Below are positions 12,975-27,921 of a stretch of 64,000 nt of DNA, in pieces. The notes below the pieces were generated by a model. The model saw only the letters and a program-made list of their open reading frames with translations, ran no database searches and had not been told where the DNA came from. The stretch is from the human T2T-CHM13v2.0 reference genome, Homo sapiens. The DNA lies in NCBI RefSeq assembly GCF_009914755.1, contig NC_060927.1, one strand, 5' to 3'. Positions within the stretch are counted from its first letter, which is position 1. Each line of letters starts with the position of its first letter. The position numbers were made by a program, and so were the translations under genes.

Positions 12975-15120
12975 ATGTTGCTCCATTTTCTTTACATCAA
13001 GTTTGTGCCTCCCGCCGGATCATTCATAACAGCATACAAACAGGCTGACCTGACTGCCCCTGCCAGCTCTTACTCCATTTCTTGCTCTCTTTGTAGCAAA
13101 ATACCTTGAAACAGTTGCTATATTTTCTCCAGTTCATCTCCTGTTATCTTTTAAACTCACTTCACCTATTTTTTCACTCCCAAAGCTCAATGAAACTGCT
13201 TTTGTCAAGGTCACTAATATATTTTGTTGCTTCTCAGTCCCAATCTCATCTGACCAATCTGCAGCATTTGACATAGTTGTTTTTTTTTTCCTAATCTTTG
13301 ATAAGATTTTTTTCCCTGCTGACTTCCAGGACTCTAACCTCTTTTACTTTTCCCCTTCTACTTTGTTGGTTACTCCTTTTCTGTATTCTTTTTTTAATCT
13401 TCCTCTTCTACCAGACTATTTCATGTTTTAGGGAAGCAGACCTCTGTTTTAGGGATACAGAGCTCCATTCTAGGCTTCTTGTCTTCCCTATCATGCTCAC
13501 CCATTTGGTGATGTCATCTAGTCTGTGGCTGTAAATACTGCCTATATACTGAAGTCTGCCTAATTTATGTATCTTATTCAAATTTCAATCTCAACCCTAA
13601 TTCTGAAATCCAATTGCCCACTAGATATCTCTACTTGAATGTCTAAAAGACATCCCAGAGTCAACAGATCAAAAATTGAACTCATATTTTTCTCCTCCAT
13701 CCTACCCTAGAAACTTGCTCTATTGCAGCCTTCACCATTATATTAATAGTTGTTGTCAAATCCAAATTTTTAATTTGCTCTAGAAAAAGAGAGAGAGGGA
13801 GGGGAGAAAGTTGGAGGAAAGAAGGAGGAAGGGAGGGAGGGAGAAAGGAAGGGAGGGAGGGAGAAAGGAAGAGAGGGAGGGAGGGAGAAAGAAGGGAGGG
13901 AGGGAGGGAGGAGGGGGAGGGGAGGGGAGGAGGAAGGAGGGAGGGGGGAGGGAGGAGGGGGGAGGAGGAAGGAGGGAGAGGGGAGGGGGGAAGGAAAGAT
14001 GGAGGGGGGAGGGGAGAGGGGGGGAGGGAGGGGGCATGGGGAGGGGGGAGGGAGGGGGAGGGAGGAGGGGGAGGGAGGGGGGAGGGAGGGGGGAGGGAGG
14101 TGGAGGGAGGGGGAGGGGGAGGGAGGGGGAGGTAGGGGGACGGGGAGGGAGGGGGGAGGGAGGTGGAGGGAGGGGGAGGGGGAGGGAGGGGGGAGGGAGG
14201 GGGAGGGAGGGGGAGGGAGGAGGGGGAGGGAGGGGGAGGGAGGTGGAAGGAGGGGGAGGGGGAGGGAGGTGGAGGGAGGGGGACGGAGGGGGACGGGGAG
14301 GGAGGGGGGAGGGAGGGAGAAAACATAGGTGCTATTCTTCTCTGACATAACACATAAAATCCATCAGCAAATTCTGTCGGTCATACCTTTAAAATGGATA
14401 TTATATCTTAAATACAGTTGAAAGTTGACTACCTCCAACTATAATCACTGCCACCAATTCTGTATGAGCCACCTTGACAGGATACTGTAATAGCATCCTA
14501 ACTGCTTCTGCCTTTATTTGCTTACAATCTGTTTTTAACATAGCAGCAAGGGTGATCCTTTTAAAGCTTAAGGCAGATTATATAACTTATCACCACATGT
14601 CCTTCCTCAGGTTCTCCACCTTATTTACAGGAAACCTTACATTCTTACAGTGGCCTACAATGTCATGATCTACCACACTCATCTTTATGGCCACATCTCT
14701 TACTGCCCTTCTCCCAGCCAAATTTGCCATTTTGCTCATTCTCAAGTGTGCCAGGCACACTCCTGCCTTAAGAGTCTGTGTTTGAGCAGTTCCCTGAAAA
14801 TGCTTCCCCCAGGAGTTCACTCGACTACCTACCTCATCTGCTTCAAGTATTTGCTCAAATTTCAAATTCTTAATGAGGCCTATTTTACCACTTTATTCAA
14901 TACAACAACTTGCCTCTTACATTTTCAGCCTCCTTTTTTATAATAGTTTATGCTTTTAAAAATGTATATATTATCTTCCAGCATACCCCATCATGTACTT
15001 ATTTATTAAATTTGTCATTTATTATCTGGGTTCTCCACTGTAATGTAAACTTCAGAAAGACAGAGATCTCTCTATATTTTGTTCCCAATGTACCCAAGTA
15101 CAGACAACAGTGCCAGTCTC
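12975..15120 (+). mobile_element. Long L2 (L2a-like) relic interrupted by a G-rich tract
   Basis: 'tgaaactgcttttgtcaaggtcactaat', 'gcagcatttgacatagttg', 'atccatcagcaaattctgtcgg', 'cacagcagca'-like 'catagcagcaagggtgatccttttaaa', and L2 tail 'tgtacccaagtacagacaacagtgcc'. Confidence 0.8.
13782..14323 (+). repeat. ~540-bp polypurine, G-rich simple repeat (GGGA/GGGGGA units)
   Basis: Only 13 pyrimidines counted in ~542 nt; dozens of G3-G7 runs. Confidence 0.95.
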
Positions 15121-15540
15121 AATTGTTACTGCCCAAAACTTTTGGAAGCCCTTCTATTAATGGAAATTAATAAATTGGTCAAGAATGCCCACGATGAAAG
15201 CTTAAGTCAAACTGAAAGTACTAGGGAAAACAATAAGATTGGAAACAAAGTTGCATGATATTTCGGGGGAAAAAGTTCACATATTTATAATTTGCACAAC
15301 GACTACACAGAAAACCCAACTACAAACTTTCTAACAAGAGAATTTATCAATACTGCTGTATATAAAGTTAACCTGAAAATAGTGTTCTCAGGGATTAGTA
15401 AAAGAAATGTAATAAAAAGGACAACCACACTTATAATGGCAAAATAAATAAATAAGAAATCTACAAATTACTTAAGATCAAAAATAGTATAAGTGCAAGA
15501 AAGTTATGAAGAAAATTACCATAATATTGAGAGACATTTT

Positions 15541-15836
15541 TACCAGGTGCAATGGCTGATGCTTGTAATCCTAGCACTTCGATAGGCCAAGGTGGGAGAA
15601 TCACTTGATCTCAGAAGTTTGAGACCTGCCTGGGCAATATAGTGAAATCCTGTCTCTAAAAAAAAAAAAAAAAAAAAAATAGCCAAGTGTGGTGGCTTGC
15701 TCCTGTAGTACCAGCTACCTGGGGGACTGAGGCAGGAGGATAGCTTGAACTCAGAAGGCTGAGTCTGCAGTGAGCCAAGATTGCGACCCTGGGTGAGAAA
15801 GTGAGAACCTGTCTCAAAAAAGAAAAAGAAAAAAAA
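15541..15836 (+). mobile_element. AluJ
   Basis: J-type motifs 'cctgggcaatatagtgaaatcctgtctct' and 'ggaggatagcttgaactcagaagg'; TSD attgagagacatt/attgaaagacatt. Confidence 0.88.
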
Positions 15837-16749
15837 TTGAAAGACATTGTAAAATACCGAGTAAATTAAGATAAACATTATGTGCATCAATTGAAAGTTT
15901 CAATATTATATACCCGTTTATTAACCTCTAATGAATATATACACTCACATCACCCAAAAGGTTTCAATTTATTGTTTATATTTGTTTGTAATCAACTATA
16001 AATATGTATGAAAGAACAAAGTGCTAAATGGCCAAGATTTTTAAAATCAGCTTGTCTAACAAGGATTTAAGGCCAAGAATAGACAAATATACCAATGCAA
16101 ATGAACACAGAACAAAGACACAGATCCTAAAAACAAACCCACACATAAACAGAATTTTTATGTATTATGGAGAAGCGATAAAAAATCGGTGGTAAAGGTT
16201 AAAATATACAATATATGGTGTTAGGGTGTATGTTAGTGCATGGAAAACAATAAAAATTATCTTTCTCATACAATACCCTAAAATAAAATCTGATTAAATT
16301 AAGGAGTTAAAAGTGAGAAAAAATTACTTTGAAGATTTTAAAAGCATTTATGAAAAACTGTCTTCATAAATTCATAATAGGGAAGAATTCCTTAGAAACA
16401 AAAAGCTAAGAACAACTAGGACAAAGAATATGTTGACAAGTTGCATTCCATTAAAATTAAAATTTCTACAAACTAATACACTGATAAAAACTGAAAAAAT
16501 AATTTAGAGTGGAACATTATATTTGCAACACCCCAACACCACCAAAAATGTGGCAAGAAAAAGAGTATTTTAAATGCCCATCACTAAATAATAAAAAGAC
16601 ATAAACCCTATTCTAAAAAGGGAAAAGATGTTAACATACACATCAAAGACAAAAACAATTATCAATCTCAATAGTACTTGTAGAACTGGAAATTAAAATA
16701 AAGCATAATGAGATAATACAAGACAATTTCCAACACAATAAATTGTTTT

Positions 16750-17328
<579 letters not shown>

Positions 17329-17687
17329 CCCTGCAGTACCTGATGATAATAAGTCTTGGTGAGACTGTTGATTAGAAACTCTAATTCACTGCTGGTGGAA
17401 GTGTCATTGATATAAACAAATATTTTAGAGAAGTAATTTATTCTGTTTAACAAAGCTGAAGATTTGAAAGTATTTAGAAACCCTCTTTCCAGGAATATAT
17501 CCTCAGATATATTTCACCCATTAGCACAAAAGGCATATATAGAAGTTTTCATTGAAGTGTCATTTACAAAGGTGAAAAATCATGAACACAGTAGTTATGC
17601 ATCAACAGAATAATACATTTTTTAAATGTGTTATTCCAACAATAAAAAACTTCATGGCAATTCAACTGAATGGAATGGGTAAGTGTC

Positions 17688-18227
17688 TGTGATGGTGAAT
17701 TTTATGTGTCAACTTTATTGGGCAATGAGGTCCTCAGACATTTGGTCAAACATTATTCTGGGTGTGTCCCTAAGGATGTTTCTGGATAAGATTGTTGAAT
17801 CAGTAGGCTGAGTTAAGCTGATTACTCTCCTTAATGTGGGCAGGCCCCATCCAATCAGCTAAAGGCCTGAGTGGAACAAAAACGCTGACTCTCTCAAAAG
17901 TAAGAGTGTACTCTTTCTGTCTGATGGCTTGAGCAGTAACATCGGTCTTTTCTTACCTTAAGAATGGAACTGAATCCAGCTCTTCTTAAACCTTGGTTCA
18001 TCCAGCTTTCATATTGGAACTTATCCCAACAGCTTTCTTATTTCTCAGGCATTTGGACTTGGATTGGAATGACACAATTAGCTCTCCTTCGGTCCATTTT
18101 ACCAATTAAAGATCTTGGAATTTCTCGGCCCCATAATTGCATGAGCCAATTTCTTATTTAAAAAAAACTACTTTTCTTTATATATGTATATGCTATTGGT
18201 TTTCTCTAGAGAACTCTAATTAATATG
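17688..18227 (+). mobile_element. ERVL solo LTR, MLT2 family
   Basis: 'tgtgatggtgaattttatgtgtcaactt...tttggtcaaacattattctgggtgtgtc...ccataattgcatgagccaatttctta...ctctagagaactctaattaatatg'; TSD gtgtc/gtatc. Confidence 0.85.
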
Positions 18228-18903
18228 GTATCGATATGGATAAACCTCACCAACAAAAATTAAAAGATTGAAAATCATACATAGTAAATGATTCTACTCA
18301 CAAAATAATTTTGGAACACGCAAAGCAATAGTCTATGTTGTTCATATTAATCAACACAATAGTTAAATGTAAAACAATTTATGATATGACAATCAAAATA
18401 GAGATTAAATTGCAGAGGAAAAAGAGTAGGACCAGGAGAATTAAATACTATTTACTAATTATAAAATGTTCTAAAATGATTATAGCAAAGTTAAGATTCT
18501 TTAGACTAATTAGCATAAATGTACAACATTTTTCTCTTATCTAAAAATGTGAAATAGTTTACAATAAGAAGTAAGCATATAACAGTATAATTTGGAATAT
18601 ATGAATAAGACCATCTAATATAATAGACATATAAAGAAAACTTTCTTTAATTTTAATAAAATAATTTTAAATGTCTTTATTTTTTAGTTGTATTCACAAA
18701 TTTCTCATAAAAATACATATTGACAAAAGTAAATTTGATAGCAAGGACTCTCCAAGTTATTAAACATTCTGAATTAACCATCTACTGAATATGTACATCT
18801 GTTAAGTTTTAGATTGTATGATAGTCATAACTGACATAAATGTCAGATACATGTTAGATATATCTTTGAATATTTAATTATATAAAAGATAGACATAAAT
18901 GCT

Positions 18904-19272
18904 TGATATGGTTTGGTTCTGTGTCCCCATTCAAATCTCATGTCAAATTGTAATTCCCAGTGCTGGAAGAGGGACCTAGTGTGAGATGATTGCAACATGG
19001 GGCCAGTTTCTAATGGTTTAACACCATCCCCCTAGTGCTGCTGCTTGTTTAAAAGTGTGTCGCACCTCCGCCCCGCTCGCTTCCTCCTGCATCAGCCAGG
19101 TGGGACGTGCCAGCTTCCCCTTCACCTTCCGCCAGATTCTAAGTTTCCTGAGGCCTCCCCAGCCATACTTCCTGTACAGCTGGCAGAACCATAAGCCAAT
19201 TAAACTTTTTCGCTTTATAAATTCCCCAGTCTTAGGTATATCTTTTTAGCAGTATGAGAATGGGCTAATCCA
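18904..19272 (+). mobile_element. MaLR solo LTR, MSTA-like
   Basis: 'tgatatggtttggttctgtgtccccattcaaatctcatgtcaaattgtaattccc...gccaattaaac...gctaatcca'; perfect TSD atgct. Confidence 0.9.
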
Positions 19273-19574
19273 ATGCTCAATAAAATTGCTGAAAATGTAG
19301 AATATACTAATTTAAAATACATAAGTATTTTTACACAAATAAAACTTGTTCTTCATATTGATACAGCTTCGCAACTACAATGGCAGATACAATATTTAAA
19401 ACATCTAGGTAAATAAACAATTTAAATGCCATTCAGTATCCAAATGTGATATATTTTTATACAGCTAAATATGTATTTAGGGACAAGTTTTTATGAATAT
19501 TTTTACATTTCTGCATGATTCAGGCTTTCAGAGAACATTGCGTAGGTTAAAATCATGTCAATCATGCCTTAGAA

Positions 19575-19900
19575 GTTAAGGACTGTGTATTGCTCCAGAG
19601 AGATTTAGAGACTTCTCTCTCCAGAGCCATTTGATTGCATTCCAGGGTAGAGACCTTTCTCTACATTTCCCAGAGAAAACTTGAATACATTCCAGGGAGC
19701 AGGTTTCTCTGTCATTTTCTCTAGAGTAGAAGAAGGATATGTATGCCAGTTGACCTATATGAGCTCTAAGTCTCATTAATTGTGGAGTTCCTCTCCTGTG
19801 GTAATGCCCGTGGCACACCCAGGTACATCTGGCTATCACCTTTTCACTGTGGGTATTAAGGCTTAGAGAAATAGTACAAGATGCATCTCTGACCACTGTT
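19575..19900 (+). mobile_element. Old ERVL-type LTR fragment related to the LTR40-like element at 1852
   Basis: 'ggagttcctctcctgtg...ctgtgggtattaaggcttagagaaatagtacaagatgc' parallels 'ccttccctcctgt...ctgtgggaactagggcttaggaaactggcc...aaatgc' at 2060-2165. Confidence 0.4.
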
Positions 19901-19932
19901 TAAGCTTTAACTGGTAAAGAATATATTATTTG

Positions 19933-20314
<382 letters not shown>

Positions 20315-20953
20315 TTAGATGTGTGTAATTTCTACATAGTAAAGTATATTTTATTGTTTATTGAAACAGGTAGCCTATAACATGTTACGAAAGAAAATGA
20401 ATCCATAAAATCTTAATAAGTATTAGTATCTTATATTAATGTATAACATGGTTTATTTTATATTTCTATTTGTTTATGACAAATAAATTATAAATACATT
20501 TATTGCAGGTCTATGTATTAAATGAAGCCAATAACCAGCAAGCCAAACCCATTTTCTTTATAATGTGGTGAAAGAGGGAAAATTAAAGCTTCATAATATA
20601 TCTTTTTAAATGGGTCACACAGGAATGTATCATACGTTTGGCAGAAAATAAGGCATTGAAGGTTTATGTTCAGATAGTGGTGAAATCAGAGGAATAAATT
20701 AGAAAGACTAATCCATTTTTACAAAGGATGCATTAAAACGGGATGATGAGATATAAGTGAAGTAGGTGAGAAGTTCTTAGAAAATCACAGTAAGATACTG
20801 GATTAGTGTGGAGACAGTGAAGTAGCTGTGACAACAGAAATGTCAGAAATAGATACTTGGAGGAATAGATATGGCAATTGAATAGATGTTAGGTGGTCAA
20901 AGTCCTAAAATACAGAGGCTAAAAATTTTAATATATATAAAAAGGAAATAATC

Positions 20954-21224
<271 letters not shown>

Positions 21225-21399
21225 TCATTCAACCTAGATATCTAACAGTTAGTCCAAACTTGTGTGATTTTACTACATATGTATGTGTTTATATGTCGGC
21301 ATAATTTTGGCAGTGCTCCATAATATTGACTACTTCACATACTCAAAACATTTTCTTTCCTCAATCAACTCCAGAGACATTTTTTAAATATTCTTCCAA

Positions 21400-22520
<1,121 letters not shown>

Positions 22521-22669
22521 ATTGCGTGTGGTTGTTAATAATTAGTTTAGATGCAATATATTTCTACGAATCTGCAAATGTTAATGAATAATGAGAACAC
22601 CAGCCCTAAAGTTTCTTTTGGTTTTGTTTTTGTTTTTATAGTTTTATTAATTGATATGAGGGAAATAAA

Positions 22670-23312
22670 TGTATATTCAATCACTACTTGGTATATATAC
22701 AGATGAAATGAAATTAGTATTTCAAGGGGATATCTGCACTCTCATGTTTATTGGAGCACTATATACAATAGCCAAGACATAAAAGCAATGTAAATATCCA
22801 TTAACAGATGAATTGATAAAGAAGATGTATATATACACATAAAGGAATACTATTCGGCCATAAAAAGGAATGAAATTCTGTCATTTGTGCCAACATGGAT
22901 GAGCCTAGAGGCATTATGCCAAGTGAAATAAGACAGGCACAGAAAGACAAACACCATATGAGTTCAGTCATATGTATAATCTAAAAAGTTGATCTCATAG
23001 AATAGTTTTTACCAAAAGGTGGGAGGAGTAAGTGGGGAGAGGAGATTAGGAAGAGGTTCGTTAATGGGTACAAAGTTACAGTTAAATAGGAGGAATAAGT
23101 TCTAGTATTCCATTGCATAGTACGGTAACTATAGTTAATAATATATGGTATATTTTTAAACAGAAGAGAGGATTTTACATATTTTCACCACAAATAAACG
23201 ATAAATGTTTGAGGTGATGAATATGCTAATTACTTAATTTGATCGTTATAGATTGCATACATGCATCAGAACATTACACCGTACCCCATAAATATGTACC
23301 ATTGTTATATGC
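22670..23312 (+). mobile_element. L1MA7-9-like 3' fragment
   Basis: 'gatatctgcactctcatgtttattggagcact', 'aggaggaataagttctagtattccattgcatag', 'ataaatgtttgaggtgatgaatatgctaattac...gtaccccataaatatgtac'. Confidence 0.85.
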
Positions 23313-26300
23313 ACACTGTTTGATTATTTCTTACACTAGGATAAATTGGTGTTTACACTACTTTGAACCAAGGAAAACTGAGTTAAAAGAGGTTGCTTAG
23401 CCAATAAGTTTCCTAGGTCAGACTCTGGCAGATAATAAGATGTGAATCAGGATAAGTAAAGAACAGTTTGAATAATACATACCAAGGCATTGTAGTCTCA
23501 AGTGTCCCTAAGCAGGGAAGGCTGATAAACATTTTTCAGGCACCATTAGTAATTCTATCATATGCTTGTGCCATTTAGAAGGCTAGAGCAATTCAATGAT
23601 TCACCACACCCACCACTAATCTTTCATTTCAAATGCTATTTACTCTGAGAAGAATATTAATTAAATCAGTTATATAGAGATATAGTCTCATCAAGTGCAA
23701 AAGCAAACACTTGAAGTACTCTCATCAAGACTGATATTAATATTAGGTTCATCTACAAAATCCCCTGAGTATCTGAAAAACACATACTTTAGGTTTTGAA
23801 AAATATTTGGTTCCAACATTTCAATTTATTCAAGTATTTTGTTTCATTTCCATAATCTGTTTTTGTGCACTGCTTTTTCATTTTAAAAAATGGGAGTGAG
23901 TTGAAATTAATTGCTTGGTTGCATGAGCCTTAATAATTACAAAATTCTCACATGGTTTATAAAGCACACTCCATTTTAAGAGATGCTTCTGATTAGGAAA
24001 AACTGAGTTAAAATGTGGTTTTATGTATGAATGCCCCTTTGGTGAAAAAATAGTCTGCTGAACTTTTAGATAGAATTATTAAAAAGTTTTATATTTTTCT
24101 ATTACAATATCCTAGATATTGTTTACTTTCAATTTTCCTCTAATGCTCCAACAATCGTAGAGAGTATATTGGATAGTCTCCAGAAGGTATAGTCTTCTAC
24201 AAATTTCTCCATGCCATGTAATTTCTAAGAACTTTGAAACCATGTATCTATGGTCTCAAATCTCTCATGCTTGTCACTTTTACGACTTGGTCTCTTTTGG
24301 TCCCTAAACCTCCAGGTTACCTCTTGCCACTAGTAACTGGCTTCTGGAAGTTCCTTTTACTCACACAACATAAGTATTAATAACGTGTCCCTTTTTCATT
24401 CCTCAAAGCCCGTCTTACAATAAGCCATTATATTTTTGGACTATTTTTACTGAAGGGACAAGAAAAACGTAGCAGAGAGGATAGCTGATGTCCTTGCCTA
24501 GCTGTCAGTGCACTAAAAGGAGGAAAGTCATCTCAGCTTCCACCAAAGTTATCTCTCCACTTCAGTGTCACAGCACAACTCTAGTTCCATCTTAGAGGGA
24601 AAAAAAGAAATTCTCTCTGCTCCAACCCAAGACTTCACCATTTCTTATTCCAGAATTTAATCCTTCTCAGGTGAGACACTTTTTACACGTTTTCTGGAAA
24701 AATTTCTATCTTCACCTAAAAAAGAGTATCTGGGAATCAAGACAACCATACTACTTGACAATATTTTCTGTACTTGACTTTTAAAACATCAAAGAGCATT
24801 GCACATCGCACACCAATAGAGCAGCACCCATTGACTCAGGATGGCCTCAATCCAGGCTGGCAAGCATTCTTCTAAAATAGGGTGAGGTCACTATCACTCT
24901 TTTACTCTTTTACTCTTCTTGAGGTGATCTGTCCTTCCAACAAATATAAGTAAATGTATAAATGTAAAGAACAATATCTCCCAAGAACAAATAATAGTTT
25001 TCAGTCATGGGATAACATAAACCCAAATTCAAGAAAAAATTAGTTTCTCTCCCTCAGTAGGAATGCACATTTGCATAAGATAAACCTAACTTCTATCATT
25101 AAACAGAAGACATCTTGCTTGGAAGCAGCTGCATTTTAATTACCTCTCTTTTTCAGGGTTACTCTATAAAGAGAGGGTAGATATTTGCTTTATACATGCG
25201 TGAGAGAAAGTGCAAATCAGCAGTCAGCTTCCCAGCCAATGTAAACAAACACAAAGTCCAATTTCTACCCCTAATCACAAGTACTCCAAGCAAACCCCAA
25301 AATAGCAGTTTTCAGGTTTTTGCATTTAAAAACTAAATCTTCATTACACACACACATGCCAAACACACACACACACACCCCTCACACCACACACTTCCAA
25401 AAACCCAATAGTCAGTGACTCTCTTTGTTCATTCCTTGAGGAACGCTGACATACTATAAACTTCCTCTAACTTCTATTACTTTTCTTCCTGGCCACCTCT
25501 AATTAACCTTCTTCTTCTTAAATCTTGTAAATCATTAAGCAATTAATCATGCACTGCTTTGGAAAATCTTTTCTATTTTTTTTTTCAGTATTGCTTTTAA
25601 TAGCACATTTTTGTCTTATCTTTCCACCTCAATTTTATGCTTGGAGGGTACAATTGTGGAGAGGAGAGGCAGATTTGTTTCTCAAATTTGTTTTCACTGT
25701 TTCTCTGTACCCAATAGGTAACCATTAAATATATGTTAAGCCTATTCTATGAACATGTTCAGAATAATGTGGTCTCTATTGTCTTTTATTAACCCATCAT
25801 ACTATCTATAAATTAACATTATTTTGGTACCACTGAAGGTTAAATATGCTGGCTCAGGCAATACTCTCATCCTACCTCCTAAATTAGAAATGACGCAAAT
25901 TTTAATAATTCCCTTTTCATTCTTGCTAGGTTAATTATTCAATAGTTTGTCTAAAACTTTACCTGAGCAAAATCTGGGAAACTATACCTCTTTCTCCAAT
26001 TCCTGTGTCTACTTTAGCTTAGGACTCACCTGGAACATTCTAAGGACTGACTAATAATTTCCCATCCTATATCCAATGAACATGACTACTCACCCCAGTG
26101 TTTCTACTATCCCCATAAACATATTGCTGCACAAAACATTGATTTTGTCACACTCTTGATTAAAATATTCCAATATTTTCCTATTATAATCTTAGCTTAT
26201 TATCAAAGATCTTTTCATCTGATTTCATTTTTCCTCTTCAGTCTCATACTGACCAAATTATATTATACATGCTACATCCTGCCATACTGAAATTTTTGCT

Positions 26301-27921
26301 TCACCTTGGATATACCACTTACCATGTACATGTATATATTTTGACATAAACAAAAGCATGTCAGCACATTCTATTTGCAAAGCACATTTGTCCTTCAAAA
26401 CACAAGCCAAATATTACCTCTACTACAAATCTGTTCACATCCCTTCAAGGTAAAATTATTAACAGCTCTCTAATTTGTATTTTTACAGCACTTTGTTTAT
26501 ATCTGTCATGATATTTTTAGTGTTTGTTGTTTGTGATTTGCTTTTATGTATGGCTGTTTTTCCTTGTTCTTCTATGGAAATAACGACTTATTTATACCCC
26601 AAATATAGCATGGCAGAAAAAATGCACAAACTTACAAGTTATAAAGATATAAGTTAAAATTCTAAATGTGTCATTCATTGGATTCAATCTGAAACTCAAC
26701 ATTGATCAGCTGTAGGAAAATCATTCCACCTCTCCTCCAGTGCAATCATAATACAGGGCTTATAAGATTTATCTAATTGAGTGGTCATAATTATCAATGG
26801 ATTTCATATCTGTATATGGAAGGCTCTCTTTAAATGAAAAATTTTATTATATCATATTAGAAAATAGTTGAGTAAATGAATTCCTTTACTTTAGTATTTT
26901 CATAAATTGTCTATGTGATTTAGCTTTTGGCCAATGAGCCTGCATCCACTAACAACAAGTTAAGAAAAAGAAATATAAAACTAGTTCTTCTTAGACGTAA
27001 AAAGCTGTAAAGAGTATTGGTCCCATCCCAACTATAAAAAAGGAGTAGGAAAAACATACAATCACAATTTTTTTACACCTATCAGAGAACAGATAGGAGT
27101 AAAAATGGCACCCAAGTAACTAAGCAAATTCCAAAGAAAGACAAACTTCACCACGGAGAAACAAGGTGTAAAAAAACACCTTGCAGATAAGAAAAAATAG
27201 CTAAAATCTTATTAAACTGCCAAAATCCAAGTGTAGGCAAGTTTGTTTGAATTAGTTGATTCCTAGCTATAAAGGGAGTCTCCACACATTTGCAAAATCT
27301 TTCTCATAGCTGTCTGCCAGTTGAAACAAGAAAGATTGGAAGCAGGACGTGAGTGTAGAGTCATGCATTTGAGAGCTGATATTTGGGATCTGGGAAGAAA
27401 CAGTAATTAAGTACTGCACACGTCTCTGGACCTTTACCTGCTATGACATGAAAGCCTAAGTCTGCTAATATAAAGGCAGAAAAGTCTGTCATACCCAGTA
27501 CACAGGTGCAAAGATCCTATGGCTAGGGAAGTAATAGAAGAACAAACTCTACTTCAGCAAAGAACAGGGAACAACCTTGGACCTAAGATCCCATATTGAC
27601 CTCAAAGAGTAGTCTCTCATTGCTAGCTGAGGGAAAGGAAACTTCTGATAAAACAGACAATCAAGAGAAGAGGAGCTAGAACGCTGACAAATCCAGAAAT
27701 TCAACCCAAACTCTACAAACAACTCAAAAGCAACGCAAAGTAAAGAAATTTGAAGCAAGCGAAAATAGTAATAGTAATAATAAAACCCACATTCAGCTCA
27801 ACTCCCAAACAGGTGAACTCAAACCTATGCTTCACTAACAACTTGAAGAAGAGGCACAATTTTTCAAGGCATAAAAAGCATTGACAGCCTTTTACTCTTT
27901 TACTCTTCTAAAATAATGTCT

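Noticed and set aside
13682-14353. Long Pro-rich and Gly/Arg/Glu-rich ORFs (up to 223 aa) in all six frames
   Set aside because: They result from the G/A simple repeat, which lacks stop codons; no coding signal
24899-27909. Identical 21-mer cttttactcttttactcttct at 24899 and 27889, a possible TSD around 3 kb
   Set aside because: Low-complexity (actctttt)n sequence; the second copy lies inside the L1 5' region, and the interval has no element ends or poly(A)
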